Source of the DNA: an uncultured Actinomycetes bacterium
GTDB lineage: Bacteria > Actinomycetota > Acidimicrobiia > Acidimicrobiales > CADCSY01
Reading direction: 5' to 3'
DNA length: 64,000 bases
NCBI GenBank assembly: GCA_963839545.1
Contig: CAWIVE010000004.1
Location: forward strand, 159,429 to 223,428
In this document: piece after piece, positions 1 to 11,847 of the stretch
Layout of the letters: every line of letters starts with the position of its first letter
Numbering within the stretch: position 1 is the first letter of the stretch
Made by a program: the position numbers and the translations under genes
Notes under the pieces: generated by a model
Told to the model about the DNA's origin: nothing
Databases searched by the model: none
Seen by the model: only the letters and a program-made list of their open reading frames with translations

Positions 1-101
1 AGGCGCGCGACTACGTGCTGTTCCTGGCCGAGCAGGGCGGCGTCCCCGTCAGCTACGTCGGCGTCGGCCCCGGCCGCCTCCAGACCGTCCACATCACGTG
101 A
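1..101 (+). CDS. purA: Adenylosuccinate synthetase, 3' end (partial)
   Basis: Frame from 3 reads ARDYVLFLAEQGGVPVSYVGVGPGRLQT..., matching the PurA C-terminus; TGA at 99-101 overlaps the purD start. Confidence 0.85.
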   Translation, partial: ARDYVLFLAEQGGVPVSYVGVGPGRLQTVHIT

Positions 102-1325
102 CGCGGGTCGCTCGTGGTCGGCGGCGGGGGCCGGGAGGCCGCCCTGGCCGAGGTGCTGGGGCGCACCGCCGACGAGGTGGTGGTGACCCCGGGCAACCCC
201 GGGATCCCCGGGTCGACGGGCCCCGGGCCGGAGCCGGAGGACATCGAGGCCGACCTCGTCGTGATCGGCCCCGAGGTGCCCCTCGTCGCCGGCCTGGCCG
301 ACCGCCTCCGGGCCGCGGGGCCGGCTCGTCCTCGGCCCCGGGGCCGACGGCGCCCGCCTGGAGGGCTCGAAGGCGTGGATGAAGGACGTGCTGGCGAGCG
401 CCGGCGTGCCCACCGCCCGCTCCGCCGCCTTCACCGACCCGGACGGCGCCGCCGCCTTCCTGCGCACGCTCGGCCCGCCCTACGTGGTGAAGACCGACGG
501 GCTGGCCGCCGGCAAGGGCGTGCTGGTGACCCCCGACCGGGCCGAGGCCGAGGCCGACGTGCGGGCCAAGCTCGCCGGCACCAGCTTCGGCGAGGCGGGC
601 CGCACGGTGGTGATCGAGGAGGGCCTCGTCGGGCCGGAGCTTCCATCCTCGCCGCTGTGCGACGGCGAGCGGGCCGTCGCCCTGGCCCCGTCCCGGGACC
701 ACAAGCGGGTGGGCGACGGCGACACCGGCCCGAACACCGGCGGCATGGGCGCCTTCTCGCCGGTCCCAGGCGTGGGCGACGCCATCGTGGGGGAGGTCAT
801 GGAGCGGGCGGTCCTGCCCACCCTGGCGGCGCTCCGTCGCCGGGACATCGACTACCGCGGCGTGCTCTACGCCGGCCTGATGCTCACCGAGGAGGGGCCG
901 AAGGTGATCGAGTTCAACGTGCGCTTCGGGGATCCCGAATCGCAGGTGGTGCTGCCCCGGTTGCGCAGCGACCTGGTGGCGCTGTGCGCCGAGGCCGCCG
1001 CCGGTCGGTTGCGCACCGAGGCCACGTTCACGGACGAGGCGGCGCGTGACGGTGGGGCTGGCCAGCAAGGGCTACCCGACGTCGTCGACCGCCGGCGACG
1101 TGATCGACGGCGTCGAGGCGGCCGCGGCCGTCGGCCCGGCGTGTCCGTCCACTGCGCCGGCGTCGACCAGGACGGGCGACGGGCGCCTCGTCACGGCCGG
1201 CGGCCGGGTGCTCTTCGTCACCGCCCTCGGGCCCGACCTCGCCCACCGCCCGCTCCCGGGCCTACGACGGCGTCGACCGCATCTCCTTCCCGGGGATGCA
1301 CTTCCGGAAGGACATCGCAGCATGA
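98..1325 (+). CDS. purD: Phosphoribosylamine-glycine ligase (several frameshifts, probably sequencing indels)
   Basis: Motifs spread over frames: [62 protein letters not shown]. Confidence 0.93.
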
Positions 1326-1771
1326 AGGTCGCCATCCTCATGGGCTCCGCCTCCGACAAGGAGAAGATGCGCCCCGCGGGGGAGACGCTCGAGTCGTTCG
1401 GCATCGAGGTCGACGAGCGGGTGCTGTCGGCCCACCGCAACGCCGAGCAGGTGACGACGCTGGCCACGTCAGCCCGGGAGAACGGCTACAGCGCCTTCAT
1501 CTGCGCCGCCGGGATGGCCGCCCACCTGGCCGGCGTGGTCGCCGCCCACACCACCCTGCCGGTGGTGGGGGTGCCCATGTCGGGCGGCGCCCTCAACGGG
1601 GTCGACGCCCTCTACAGCACCGTGCAGATGCCGAAGGGCGTGCCGGTGGCGACGGTGGCCATCGACGGGGCGATGAACGCCGCCCTCCTCGTGGTGCAGA
1701 TCCTCGCCGTGGCCGACGAGGGGCTGGCGAAGGCCTTCGCCGACGACCGCAAGGAGCGCTTCGGTCAGTGA
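1322..1771 (+). CDS. purE: N5-CAIR mutase
   Basis: [38 protein letters not shown]. Confidence 0.95.
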   Translation: MKVAILMGSASDKEKMRPAGETLESFGIEVDERVLSAHRNAEQVTTLATSARENGYSAFICAAGMAAHLAGVVAAHTTLPVVGVPMSGGALNGVDALYSTVQMPKGVPVATVAIDGAMNAALLVVQILAVADEGLAKAFADDRKERFGQ

Positions 1772-1965
1772 CGCAGGTCCACGATGTCAGCGGGTCGCCG
1801 CTTGCGGCGCAGGTCCGAACGGGACCGCAGGGCGCACGGCAGGCACACCGGCATGACGGCGTCGGGGTCGGCGTAGACGAGGCAGCCGGCGCAGGCGGCG
1901 CGCTGGCACGCCGAGCAGCGGCCTCCGCTCGGCGCGAAGGGGTGGGCGTCGCACACGCCGTCCAT
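1765..1965 (-). CDS. Small B-box-type zinc-finger protein
   Basis: C-x2-H-x8-C-x2-C-x4-C-x2-C ... C-x2-C pattern (CDAHP...[12 protein letters not shown]...CLPC). Confidence 0.6.
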   Translation of the reverse strand: MDGVCDAHPFAPSGGRCSACQRAACAGCLVYADPDAVMPVCLPCALRSRSDLRRKRRPADIVDLRH

Positions 1966-1997
1966 CCACGCGGTTCTCGGCACGAAGGGCGGCGACC

Positions 1998-3423
1998 TTG
2001 AAGGACATCGTCCCCGACCTCCTGGCCACCCGCTACGCCAGCGAGCCGATGGCCGACCTGTGGTCGCCGCGCCACAAGGTCGTCCTGGAGCGCCGGCTGT
2101 GGGTGGCCGTGCTCGAGGCCCAGCGGGACCTGGGGGTTGCCGTCCCCGACGCGGTGATCGAGGACTACCGCGCCGTGGTCGACGCCGTGGACCTGGCCTC
2201 CATCGAGGCCCGGGAGCGGATCACCCGCCACGACGTCAAGGCGAGGCTGGAGGAGTTCTCCGAGCTGGCCGGCCACCAGCTGGCCCACCGGGGGATGACC
2301 TCGCGGGACGTCACGGAGAACGTCGAGCAGCTCCAGGTCCGGCTCGCCCTCGAGCTCGTGCGGGACCGGGTGGTGGCCACGCTGGCCCGCCTGGCCGAGC
2401 GGGCGGCCGAGCACGCCGGGACGGTCCTGGCCGGGCGCACCCACAACGTGCCTGCCGCTGCCATCACCCTGGGCAAGCGCTTCGCCGTGGCGGGGGAGGA
2501 GCTGCTGCTCGCCCTCGAGCGGCTCGAGGAGCTGCTGGCCCGCTACCCGCTGCGGGGCCTGAAGGGGCCGGTGGGCACCTCGGCCGAGCAGCTCGAGCTC
2601 CTGGGCGGCGACCCCGGGCGGGTGGACGAGCTCGACCGGGCCCTGGCCCGCCGGCTCGGCTTCGAGCGGGTGCTGACGAACGTCGGCCAGGTCTACCCCC
2701 GCTCCCTCGACCTCGACGTGGTGGCCGCGCTCGTGCAGGCCGTCTCCGGGCCGGCCAGCCTGGCCGTGACCCTCCGGCTCATGGCCGGCCACGACCTGGC
2801 CACCGAGGGGTTCGCCGAGGGCCAGGTGGGCTCGTCGGCCATGCCCCACAAGGTCAACGCCCGCTCGTGCGAGCGCGTCGGGGCGCTGGCCACCGTGCTC
2901 AAGGGCCACCTGACGATGGTCGCCGGGCTGAGCCGGCGTCACCTGGAACGAGGGCGACGTGGCCGACTCGGCCACCCGGCGGATCGCCCTGCCCGGTGCC
3001 TTCCTGGCGACGGACGGCCTGTTCGAGACCTTCCTCACGGTGCTGGCCGAGGTGGCGGCGTTCCCGGGCCCCATCGAGCGGGAGCTGCGGGGGACCCTGC
3101 CCTTCCTCGCCACCCCCCGGATCCTGCTGGCCGCCGTCGACGCCGGCCTCGGGCGCGAGGAGGCCCACGCCCTCGTGCGGGAGCACTCGCTGGCGGCCGC
3201 CGCCGCCAGCCGGGACGAGGGCCGCCCCAACGACCTGCTCGACCGGCTGGGCGCCGACCCCCGCCTCCCCCTCGACGCCGGCCAGCTGGCCGCCCTGGTC
3301 GCCGACCCGGTCCGCTTCACCGGCGCCGCCGACCGCCACGTGGCCGCCTTCGTCGACGCCGTGGCCGACGTCGTGGCCCGCCACCCGCAGGCCGCGGGCT
3401 ACACCCCCGAGCCCATCCTGTGA
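1998..3423 (+). CDS. purB: Adenylosuccinate lyase (frameshift near 2935)
   Basis: TRHDV, HRGMTSRD, GRTHNVPA, GSSAMPHKVN signature; continues in ORF 2959..3423. Confidence 0.93.
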
Positions 3424-3428
3424 GCCCC

Positions 3429-3491
3429 GATGCACTCTGTGCGCAGGAGGGCTCGACAGGTGGACCCAACTGCGCACAGAGTCCTCTGGGT
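3429..3491. repeat. Palindromic REP-like element, family A, copy 1
   Basis: ACTCTGTGCGCAG (3434-3446) / CTGCGCACAGAGT (3470-3482); related copy at 46865-46927. Confidence 0.7.
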
Positions 3492-3520
3492 GCCGGCGGA
3501 CCGCATCTAGCGTGGCGGCC

Positions 3521-4426
3521 GTGAGCCACCCCTGGCCCGACCTCGGCCTGCCCCACCTCAGCTCGGGCAAGGTGCGGGAGATCTACGACGCCGGGGGCGG
3601 TCGCCTCCTGATGGTCACCACCGACCGGATCAGCGCGTTCGACGTGGTGATGGAGGAGCCCATCCACGAGAAGGGCCGGGTCCTCACCGCCATGACCGCC
3701 TTCTGGTCGGAGGAGCTGGGGGACGTGGCCCCCACCCACCTCATCGCCACCGACCCCGACGACCTCCCCGAGCCGGCCAACCACCCGTCCCTCGCCGGTC
3801 GGGCCATGCTCTGCCGCCGGGCCGACATGCTCCCGATCGAGTGCATCGTCCGCGGCTACGTCACCGGCTCGGCCTGGAAGGAGTACCGGTCCTCGGGCAC
3901 CGTCCACGGCGAGCCCGTGCCGAGCGGCCTCCAGGAGTCCCAGCAGCTGCCCGAGCCGATCTTCACCCCGTCGACCAAGGCCGAGGCGGGCGACCACGAC
4001 GAGAACATCAGCTTCGCCGCCGCCGTCGACCTCGTCGGCCGGGAGGTGGCCGAGCGGGCCCGGGACATCTCCCTCGAGCTCTATCGACAGGGTGCGGCCC
4101 GGGCGGCCGAGCACGGCATCGTCATCGCCGACACCAAGTTCGAGTTCGGCTTCGCCGACGACGAGCTCATCGTCTGCGACGAGATCCTCACCCCCGACTC
4201 CTCCCGCTTCTGGCCGGCCGAGGGGTGGTCGCCCGGCAGCACGCCGCCGTCGTTCGACAAGCAGCCGCTGCGGGACTTCCTCGAGACGACGGGCTGGGAC
4301 AAGACGCCCCCGCCGCCACCGCTCCCGCCGGAGGTGGTGGAGGCCACCAGCGCCCGCTACGTGGAGGCCTACGAGCGGGTCACCGGCCGCTCCCTGGCGC
4401 ACTGGCACGGCACCCCCACCCCCTAG
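3521..4426 (+). CDS. purC: SAICAR synthetase
   Basis: SGKVREIY, TDRISAFD, ECIVRGY, FTPSTKA, ADTKFEFG, DEILTPDSSRFW, FDKQ. Confidence 0.96.
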   Translation: MSHPWPDLGLPHLSSGKVREIYDAGGGRLLMVTTDRISAFDVVMEEPIHEKGRVLTAMTAFWSEELGDVAPTHLIATDPDDLPEPANHPSLAGRAMLCRRADMLPIECIVRGYVTGSAWKEYRSSGTVHGEPVPSGLQESQQLPEPIFTPSTKAEAGDHDENISFAAAVDLVGREVAERARDISLELYRQGAARAAEHGIVIADTKFEFGFADDELIVCDEILTPDSSRFWPAEGWSPGSTPPSFDKQPLRDFLETTGWDKTPPPPPLPPEVVEATSARYVEAYERVTGRSLAHWHGTPTP

Positions 4427-4435
4427 GATCAGAGG

Positions 4436-4697
4436 GTGACGTTCGAGGCGTTCGTCGAGGTGCGCAAGCACCCCGGGATCGCCGATCCGGAGGGCGCCAC
4501 CATCGAGCGGTCGCTCCCCACGCTGGGCTTCACCGGCGTCTCGGGGGTCTCGGTGGGCAAGGCCTTCCGGCTGCAGCGTCGAGGCGCCCGACGAGGCCGC
4601 CGCCCGGGCCACCGTCGAGGCCCTGGCCGAGCGCCTGCTGGCCAACCCGGTGCTGGAGGAGGTCCGGGTCAGCCTCTCCGAGGGAGCTCCCGCATGA
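4436..4697 (+). CDS. purS: FGAM synthase subunit PurS (frameshift near 4577)
   Basis: ADPEGATIERSL...VGK, then LLANPVLE in the shifted frame; ATGA overlap with purQ. Confidence 0.88.
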
Positions 4698-5392
4698 CGA
4701 AGGTCGGCGTCGTCCTCTTCCCCGGCTCGAACTGCGAGCAGGACGTGCTCGAGGCGGTGCGCCGCCTCGGGGCCGAGGGCGAGCTGCTCTGGCACGGCGA
4801 CGCGAGCACCACCGGGGTCGACGCCGTCGTCGTGCCCGGCGGCTTCGCCCACGGCGACTACCTCCGCCCCGGCGCCCTGGCCCGCTTCAGCCCGGTGATG
4901 GGGGCGGTGACCCGATTCGCCGCCGAGGGCGGTCCCGTGGTGGGGATCTGCAACGGCTTCCAGGTGCTCACCGAGGCGGGGTTGCTCCCTGGTGCGCTGT
5001 CGAAGAACGCCGGTCTCACCTTCCGCTGCGAGATGACGACCCTGCGCGTGGATTCACGGAAATCGGCGCTGACCGAAGGTGTGGAGGAAGGGACCATCCT
5101 GCGGGTCCCGATCAACCACTTCGAGGGCAACTACCAGTGCGATCCGACGACGTTGGCCACCCTGCGTGACGAGGATCGGATCGTGCTGCGCTACGTGGAC
5201 AACCCCAACGGATCGGTCGACGACATCGCCGGCATCTGCTCGACCGATGGGAACGTGGTCGGCCTCATGCCCCACCCCGAGCGGGCCAGCCACCCGCTCC
5301 TCGGGTCCGAGGACGGCAACGCCCTGCTGACGTCGCTGCTGGCCGCCGCCGCCCGCCGCGCCGGCCTGGCCGTCAGCTCGCCGACCGGGTGA
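4694..5392 (+). CDS. purQ: FGAM synthase glutaminase subunit
   Basis: FPGSNC, PGGFAHGDYLRPG, GICNGFQ, NPNGS, GLMPHPER. Confidence 0.96.
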   Translation: MTKVGVVLFPGSNCEQDVLEAVRRLGAEGELLWHGDASTTGVDAVVVPGGFAHGDYLRPGALARFSPVMGAVTRFAAEGGPVVGICNGFQVLTEAGLLPGALSKNAGLTFRCEMTTLRVDSRKSALTEGVEEGTILRVPINHFEGNYQCDPTTLATLRDEDRIVLRYVDNPNGSVDDIAGICSTDGNVVGLMPHPERASHPLLGSEDGNALLTSLLAAAARRAGLAVSSPTG

Positions 5393-5783
5393 TCCCCGCC
5401 CGCTTGAGGATGGGCGCCGACACGCCCAGCTCCCGCCAGGCGGCGTAGCTGATGCCCTTGCGCTGGCCGTAGGACCGGGCCGTGGAGACGAAGTCGTCCT
5501 CGAGCCCGGACAGGTCCACCGTGGTCTGGAGCGACTCGCGCTCGTGGAGCAGGTCGAGCCGCTCCTGGATGAGGGAGAGGCGCTTGACCGGGCTCGCCGA
5601 CTCGAGCGTGGCGTCGATCGTGGTCAGCCGCTTGTCGATGGATTCCGGGGTCCGCTTGCGCCCCCGCTTGGGCCGGTGCGACTCCAGCGCATCGAGGTAG
5701 GCGGAGATGGCCCGGCTCTCCGTGCGGCCCTGCGCCATTGCCGCCTTGTGGGAATCCGTCACCGTCCGCTTCTTGCGTGCCAT
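5373..5783 (-). CDS. Hypothetical basic coiled-coil protein, possibly DNA-binding
   Basis: Clean ORF with host codon bias; PKRGRKR basic motif; helical C-terminus GISYAAWRELGVS. Confidence 0.7.
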   Translation of the reverse strand: MARKKRTVTDSHKAAMAQGRTESRAISAYLDALESHRPKRGRKRTPESIDKRLTTIDATLESASPVKRLSLIQERLDLLHERESLQTTVDLSGLEDDFVSTARSYGQRKGISYAAWRELGVSAPILKRAGITRSAS

Positions 5784-5856
5784 GCCCCAACTGTGACGGT
5801 CCATTTCCCTAAATGCAATTCATCCGGCCCCGGAAATCGGGCCCAAATCGGGCCGC

Positions 5857-5862
5857 TACGGT
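5857..5862 (+). promoter_or_regulatory. -10 element (TACGGT) of a putative leaderless purL promoter
   Basis: TANNNT hexamer 7 nt before ATG 5870; no Shine-Dalgarno. Confidence 0.5.
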
Positions 5863-5869
5863 GCGGGCG

Positions 5870-8072
5870 ATGACCCCGCCGCTGCACCGCGCCCTCGGCC
5901 TGACCGACGACGAGGCGGCCGACATCGCCCGCGTCCTCGACCGGGACCCGAACCCCCTCGAGCTGGCCATGTACGCGGTGATGTGGTCCGAGCACTGCTC
6001 GTACAAGTCGTCCCGCGTCCACCTCCGGCGCCTGCCCAGCGAGGGCGAGGCCGTGCTCGTCGGTCCGGGCGAGAACGCCGGGCGTGGTCGACGTGGGTGA
6101 CGGCATCGCCGCGGCCATCCGCATCGAGAGCCACAACCACCCGTCGGCCATCGAGCCCTACCAGGGGGCGGCCACCGGCGTGGGGGGCATCCTGCGCGAC
6201 GTCTTCACCATGGGGGCCCGTCCCATCGCCCTCATGGACTCCCTGCGGGTCGGGCCCCTCGACGAGCCCCGCAGCCGGTGGATCCTCGAGGGGGTCGTGG
6301 CCGGCGTGTCGGGCTACGGCAACGCCGTCGGGGTGCCCACCGTCGGCGGCGAGGTGGTGGCCGACGCCACCTACGCCGAGAACCCGCTCGTCAACGTGCT
6401 GTGCCTCGGGCCTGCTCCCCGTCGAGCGCCTCGTCCTGGGACGGGCCTCCGGCGTCGGGCAACGTGGCCGTCCTCCTCGGCTCGACCACCGGGCGGGACG
6501 GCATCGGCGGCGTGCTCGGTCCTGGCCTCTGCCGGCTTCGGCGGCAGCGACGAGGCGGAGGAGGCGGCCAAGCGCCCGAGCGTCCAGGTCGGCGACCCCT
6601 TCGAGGAGAAGCGGCTGATCGAGGCCTGCCTCACCCTGCTCGACGCCGGGCTGGTCGTCGGCATCCAGGACCTCGGCGGCGCCGGCCTGGCCTGCGCCAC
6701 CAGCGAGACGGCCAGCCGGGGCGGCGTCGGCATGGACTTCGACGTGTCGGCCGTGCCGCGGCGGGAGCCGGGGATGACGCCGGCCGAGGTGATGACGAGC
6801 GAGAGCCAGGAGCGGATGCTGGCCATCGTCCGGCCGGACGACCTCGACGAGGTGCTGGCCGTGTGCCGGCCGCTGGGAGGTCCGGGCCACGCCGGTGGGC
6901 CGGGTCACCGACGGCGACCGCCTGCGCATCCTCGAGGGGCCGGACGGCGAGGTCCTGGCCGACGTCCCCGCCGCCTCGCTGGCCGAGGACGCCCCCCGCT
7001 ACGAGCGGCCGCTGGCGCCCCCGCCGCCGGTCCCCGCCGTGCCCGCCGGCGCCGCCTCCGACGACCCCGGGGCCGACCTCCTGCGGCTGCTGCTGGGCAC
7101 CGCCTGGGTGTGGACGCAGTACGACTGGCAGCTGTTCCTGAGCACCGTCGAGGGCCCGGCGGCGACGCCGCCGTGCTGCGGCTGAAGCACCCCACCACCG
7201 GGGTCGACACGGGACGGGCCCTGGCCGTGACCGTGGACGGCAACCAGCGGTGGTGCGCGGTCGACGCCGAGGCGGGCACGGCGCTGACGGTGGCCGAGGG
7301 CGTCCTGAACCTCGCCTGCGTGGGCGCCCGACCGATGGCCGTCGTCGACTGCCTGAACCTCGGCAACCCGGAGCACCCCGAGGTCATGCACCAGCTCGCC
7401 GGCGTCGTCGACGGGATGGCCGAGGCGTGCCGGGCCCTCGGCGTCCCCGTGGTGGGCGGCAACGTCAGCCTCTACAACGAGAGCCGGGGGCGGGACATCG
7501 ATCCCACGCCCGTGCTCGGCACCCTCGGGGTGGTCGACCGGCTCGAGCGGCGCCCGCCGGGGGTGGCCCTGGCCGACGGCGACCACGTGCTGCTGGTGGG
7601 TCCCCGCTCGTCCGAGCTGGGCGGCTCGCGCTGGGCGGCCACCGCCCTCGGGGAGGGACGGCCCCTCGGCCCGCTGCCCGAGCTCGACCTGCGGCGTCCA
7701 CTCGGCCGTGGCCGGGCTGGTCCGCGCGCTGGTGGCCGACGGGCTGGCCACGGGCATCCACGACGTGGCCGACGGGGGCCTGGCCGTCGCGCTCGGGGAG
7801 CTGGTGGCCCGCAGCGGCGTCGGCCTGCGCCTCGGGAGGATCGACGGCACCGGCGAGCTGTTCTCGGAGGCGCCCTCCCGGGTGGTGGTGGCCGCGCCCG
7901 CGGCGGTCGTGGCCGAGGTCGAGCGCCGCGTGCCGCGGACGCCGGCGTGCCGGTCGTCGACCTCGGCACCGCCGGCGGCGACCGCCTGGTCGTCGACGGG
8001 CTGGTGGACCTGGCCGTGGCCGACGTGGTGGCCGCCGAGCGGGACGCGCTGCCCGCCGCCATGGCCCCGTGA
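5870..8072 (+). CDS. purL: FGAM synthase large subunit (multiple frameshifts)
   Basis: [58 protein letters not shown]. Confidence 0.95.
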
Positions 8073-8081
8073 GCCCGAGCG

Positions 8082-8143
8082 CCCTGCGTTCTGGCCTGCA
8101 GAACGTGGCGCATTCCGCACCGATCTGCAGGCGAGAACGGGGG
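8082..8143. repeat. Palindromic REP-like element, family B, copy 1
   Basis: CGTTCTGGCCTGCAGA ... TCTGCAGGCGAGAACG; related copy at 60921-60980. Confidence 0.7.
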
Positions 8144-8151
8144 TGTGGGGG

Positions 8152-9253
8152 GTGAGCACGGCCCTGGCGGTGCTGGCCTTCGTGGCCGGCGCCGTCGTGG
8201 TGGGGGCGGTGGTGATGTCGGCCATCAGCACCGTGGTGGTGCCGCGGGGCGTGCCGGTCCGCCTGAGCCGGGCGGTGTTCCTCGGGGTGCAGCGGGCCAT
8301 CGCCGTGCGGGTGCGCTTCCAGCGCCGCTACGAGGACCGCGAGCGGATCCTCGCGTACCACGCCCCCCTCTCCCTGCTGGTCCTGCCCGTCGTCTGGCTC
8401 TCGCTCGTCCTGCTCGGGTACATGGCCATGTTCTGGGCCCTCGGCGTGCGCCCGCTGCGGGAGGCGTTCATCACCAGCGGCTCCTCGGCCCTGACACTCG
8501 GCTTCACCGCCGCCCACGACATCCCGTCGAGCCTGGTGGCCTTCACCGAGGCGGCGACGGGACTCGCCCTGCTGGCCCTCCTCATCACCTACCTGCCCTC
8601 CATGTACGCCGCCTTCGGCCGCCGGGAGGCGTTGGTCAGCCTGACGTCGACCTTCGCCGGCACGCCGCCGAGCGGGACCACGCTCCTCGAGCGCTTCGCC
8701 CTCATCTCCGGCCTCGGCGAGCTCGACGACCGGGTGTGGGAGCCGTGGCTGGCCGGGTTCATCGACATCGAGGAGAGCCACACCTCGCTCGGGGCCCTGA
8801 CGTTCTTCCGCTCGCAGTCGCCCGCCCGCTCGTGGGTCACGGCCTCGGGCGCGGTCCTCGACGCCGCCTCGCCTGTACTCGAGCAGCGTCGACGTGGAGC
8901 GCTCGGCGTCGGCCGAGCTGTGCATCCGGGCGGGGACCCTGTCGTTGCGGGCGGTGGCCGGCTTCTTCGGCATCGACTTCGACCCCGACCCCGACCCCAC
9001 GGACCCCATCTCGATCACCCGGGACGAGTACGACGAGGCGGTCGCGCGGCTGGCCAGGGCCGGTGTCTCCCTGAAGGCCGATCGGGAGGCGGCCTGGCGC
9101 TCGTTCGCCGGCTGGCGGGTCAACTACGACACGGTCCTCCTCGGCCTGGCCGGCTTCACCCAGGCGCCCTACGCCCCCTGGTCGTCCGACCGCTCGCCGG
9201 CCACCGTCCACCGCCCGCCCGTGCTCCGGCCCCGTCGCCGACCGAACGGGTGA
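8152..9253 (+). CDS. Membrane protein with potassium-channel-like pore segment (frameshift near 8875)
   Basis: N-terminal TM helices, EAFITSGSSALTLGF pore-like motif, LLITYLP; soluble tail in ORF 8894..9253. Confidence 0.65.
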
Positions 9254-9287
9254 GGGAGCGGTGGAACCCCCTGCCACCCGTGGCACC

Positions 9288-10818
9288 ATGGCAGTCGTGG
9301 GTCCCCCCGAGCCCGAGCCCGACGGCGCTCCTCGGGAGGCGTGCGGGGTCTTCGGGGTCTACGCCCCCGGCCAGCCCGTCGCCTCCCTCGCCTACCTCGG
9401 CCTCCACGCCCTCCAGCACCGCGGCCAGGAGTCGGCCGGCATGGCGGTCAGCGACGGCACGACCATCGTGGTCGACAAGGACATGGGCCTCGTCACCAAC
9501 GTCTTCAACGAGCGCCGGCTGGCCTCGCTGACCGGCCACCTCGCCCTCGGTCACACCCGCTACTCCACGACGGGGTCGAGCACCTGGCGCAACGCCCAGC
9601 CCGTCTTCCGGGACGTCGGCTTCGCCCAGTTCGCCCTCGGCCACAACGGCAACCTCGTCAACACCGAGGCCCTGGCCGAGGAGGCGGGGATGCTGCCGGG
9701 CACGGTGGCGAGCGACAGCGACCTGGTGGCCGAGCTGCTGGCCGCCGAGCTGCGCCGGACCGGCCCTCGCGACGACGGGCGCGACCTCGAGCACGCGCTG
9801 ATCGAGGTGCTGCCCCGGCTCGAGGGCGCCTTCTCCTTCGTGCTGGTGGACGAGGACCACGTCATCGGGGTGCGCGACCCGACGGGGCATCCGGCCCCTG
9901 TGCCTCGGGTACCTGGAGGCGGGCTGGGTCCTCGCCTCGGAGACCCCCGCCCTCGACGTGGTCGGCGCCCACATGGTCCGCGAGCTCGAGCCGGGCGAGC
10001 TGGTGGTGGTCGACGGCAGCGGCCACCGATCGGTCCACCCGTTCCCGGCCGACCGCATCGACCCCAAGCTCTGCCTGTTCGAGTTCGTGTACTTCGCCCG
10101 GCCCGACAGCCAGCTCTACGGCCGCAACGTCCACGCCGCCCGCCAGCGGATGGGCGAGCTGCTGGCCGAGCAGGCCCCGCTGCCGCCCGACCCCGAGAAC
10201 CGCCCGGCCATGGTCATGCCCGTCCCCGAGTCGGGGGTCCCCGCCGCCCAGGGCTTCGCCCGGGCCTCCGGCATCCCCTACGGCGACGGCCTGGTCAAGA
10301 ACCGCTACATCGGGCGCACCTTCATCTCGCCCAGCCAGGAGCTGCGCAGCCTCGGGGTGCGCATGAAGCTCAACCCGCTGAAGGAGAACATCGCCGGCAA
10401 GCGGCTGGTGGTGGTCGAGGACTCGGTGGTGCGGGGCACGACCCAGCGCAACGTCACCCGGATGCTGCGGGAGTCGGGGGCGGCCGAGGTCCACCTCCGG
10501 GTCACCTCCCCGCCCTACCGCTGGCCCTGCTTCTACGGCGTCGACACCGGCGACCGCTCCGAGCTCCTGGCCGCCTCGCTCACGGTCGAGGAGATCCGCG
10601 ACTACCTCGGGGTCGACACGCTCGCCTACCTCACCCTCGACCGCCTGGTGGCCTCGACCGGGGCGCCCGGCGCCGGCTTCTGCGACGCCTGCCTCACCGG
10701 CGAGTACCCCATCCCGGTGCCGGTGAGCCTGCGCAAGGGCGTGCTCGAGGGCAACGACATGCCGCCCACCGAGCCGGACTCGGGCCTCCAGGCGGCGCAC
10801 CTCGCCCCCGGTGGGTGA
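9288..10818 (+). CDS. purF: Amidophosphoribosyltransferase (frameshift near 9885)
   Basis: EACGVFG propeptide cleavage site, [47 protein letters not shown]. Confidence 0.95.
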
Positions 10819-11847
10819 GACCTACGCCGCCGCCGGCGTGGACATCGACGCCGGCGAGGAGCTCGTCCGGCGCATCCGCTCGTCCGTAGGCGACGCCAGC
10901 CGACCCGAGGTGCTGGGGGGCATCGGCGGCTTCGCCGGGCTGTTCGCCCTCGGGCGACGGGCGCCGGGACCCGGTGCTCGTCGCCTCCACGGACGGGGTG
11001 GGCACCAAGGCCCTCGTGGCCGCCGAGGCCGGGCCGCCTCGACACCATCGGGATCGACCTGGTGGCCATGTGCGTGGACGACCTGGTCTGCACCGGGGCC
11101 GAGCCCCTCTTCCTCCTCGACTACGTGGCCGTGGGCAAGCTCGACCCGGAGGCGGTGGCCGCCGTCGTCGGCGGGGTGGCCGAGGGCTGCCGGCGGGCCG
11201 GGTGCGCCCTGCTGGGCGGCGAGACGGCCGAGCACCCGGGCGCCCTCGACCCGGACCACTTCGACCTGGCCGGCTTCGCCGTCGGCGTGGTCGAGCGGGA
11301 CCGGGTCCTGCCGGTCGGCGTGTCCCCCGGGGACGTGCTCATCGGCCTGCCGTCGCCGGGCCTGCGCTGCAACGGCTACTCGTTGGCCCGCCGGGTCCTC
11401 CTGGACGTCACCGGGCTGGGCCTCGACGACCCGGCCTGGCCCGATGCGCCCCGCACGCTCGGCGAGGAGCTGCTCGAGCCGTCGGTCATCTACGCCCCGG
11501 CGGTGCGCCGGCTGTTGGCCGCCGTCGACGTGCGGGCGCTGGCCCACGTCACCGGAGGCGGGCTCGTGGGCAACCTGCCCCGGGTCCTGCCCGACGGGAC
11601 CGACGCGGTGGTCGACCCCCGCACCTGGGAGCGGCCCCGCATCTTCGGGGAGATCGCCCGCCTCGGCGAGGTCGAGGAGGACGAGATGGCCCGGGTGTTC
11701 AACCTCGGCATCGGGATGGTGGCCGTCGTCCCCCCCGCCGAGGAGGGGAGGGCCCTCTCCGAGCTGGCCGCCGCCGGGGTGCGGGCGGTGACCATCGGCG
11801 AGGTGGCGGCCGGCGAGGGCCAGGTCCGCCTGGCCGCCGGCTGGTGA
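10811..11847 (+). CDS. purM: AIR synthase (frameshifts near 10950-11040)
   Basis: [58 protein letters not shown]. Confidence 0.94.

Noticed and set aside
1322-1771. Absence of purK, purN and purH from the cluster
   Set aside because: They may lie elsewhere in the genome; cannot be judged from one window
4436-5392. Apparent PurS-PurQ fusion ORF (likewise a purD-purE ORF at 1046..1771)
   Set aside because: Caused by an indel; the separate stop and start (ATGA at 4694-4697) are visible
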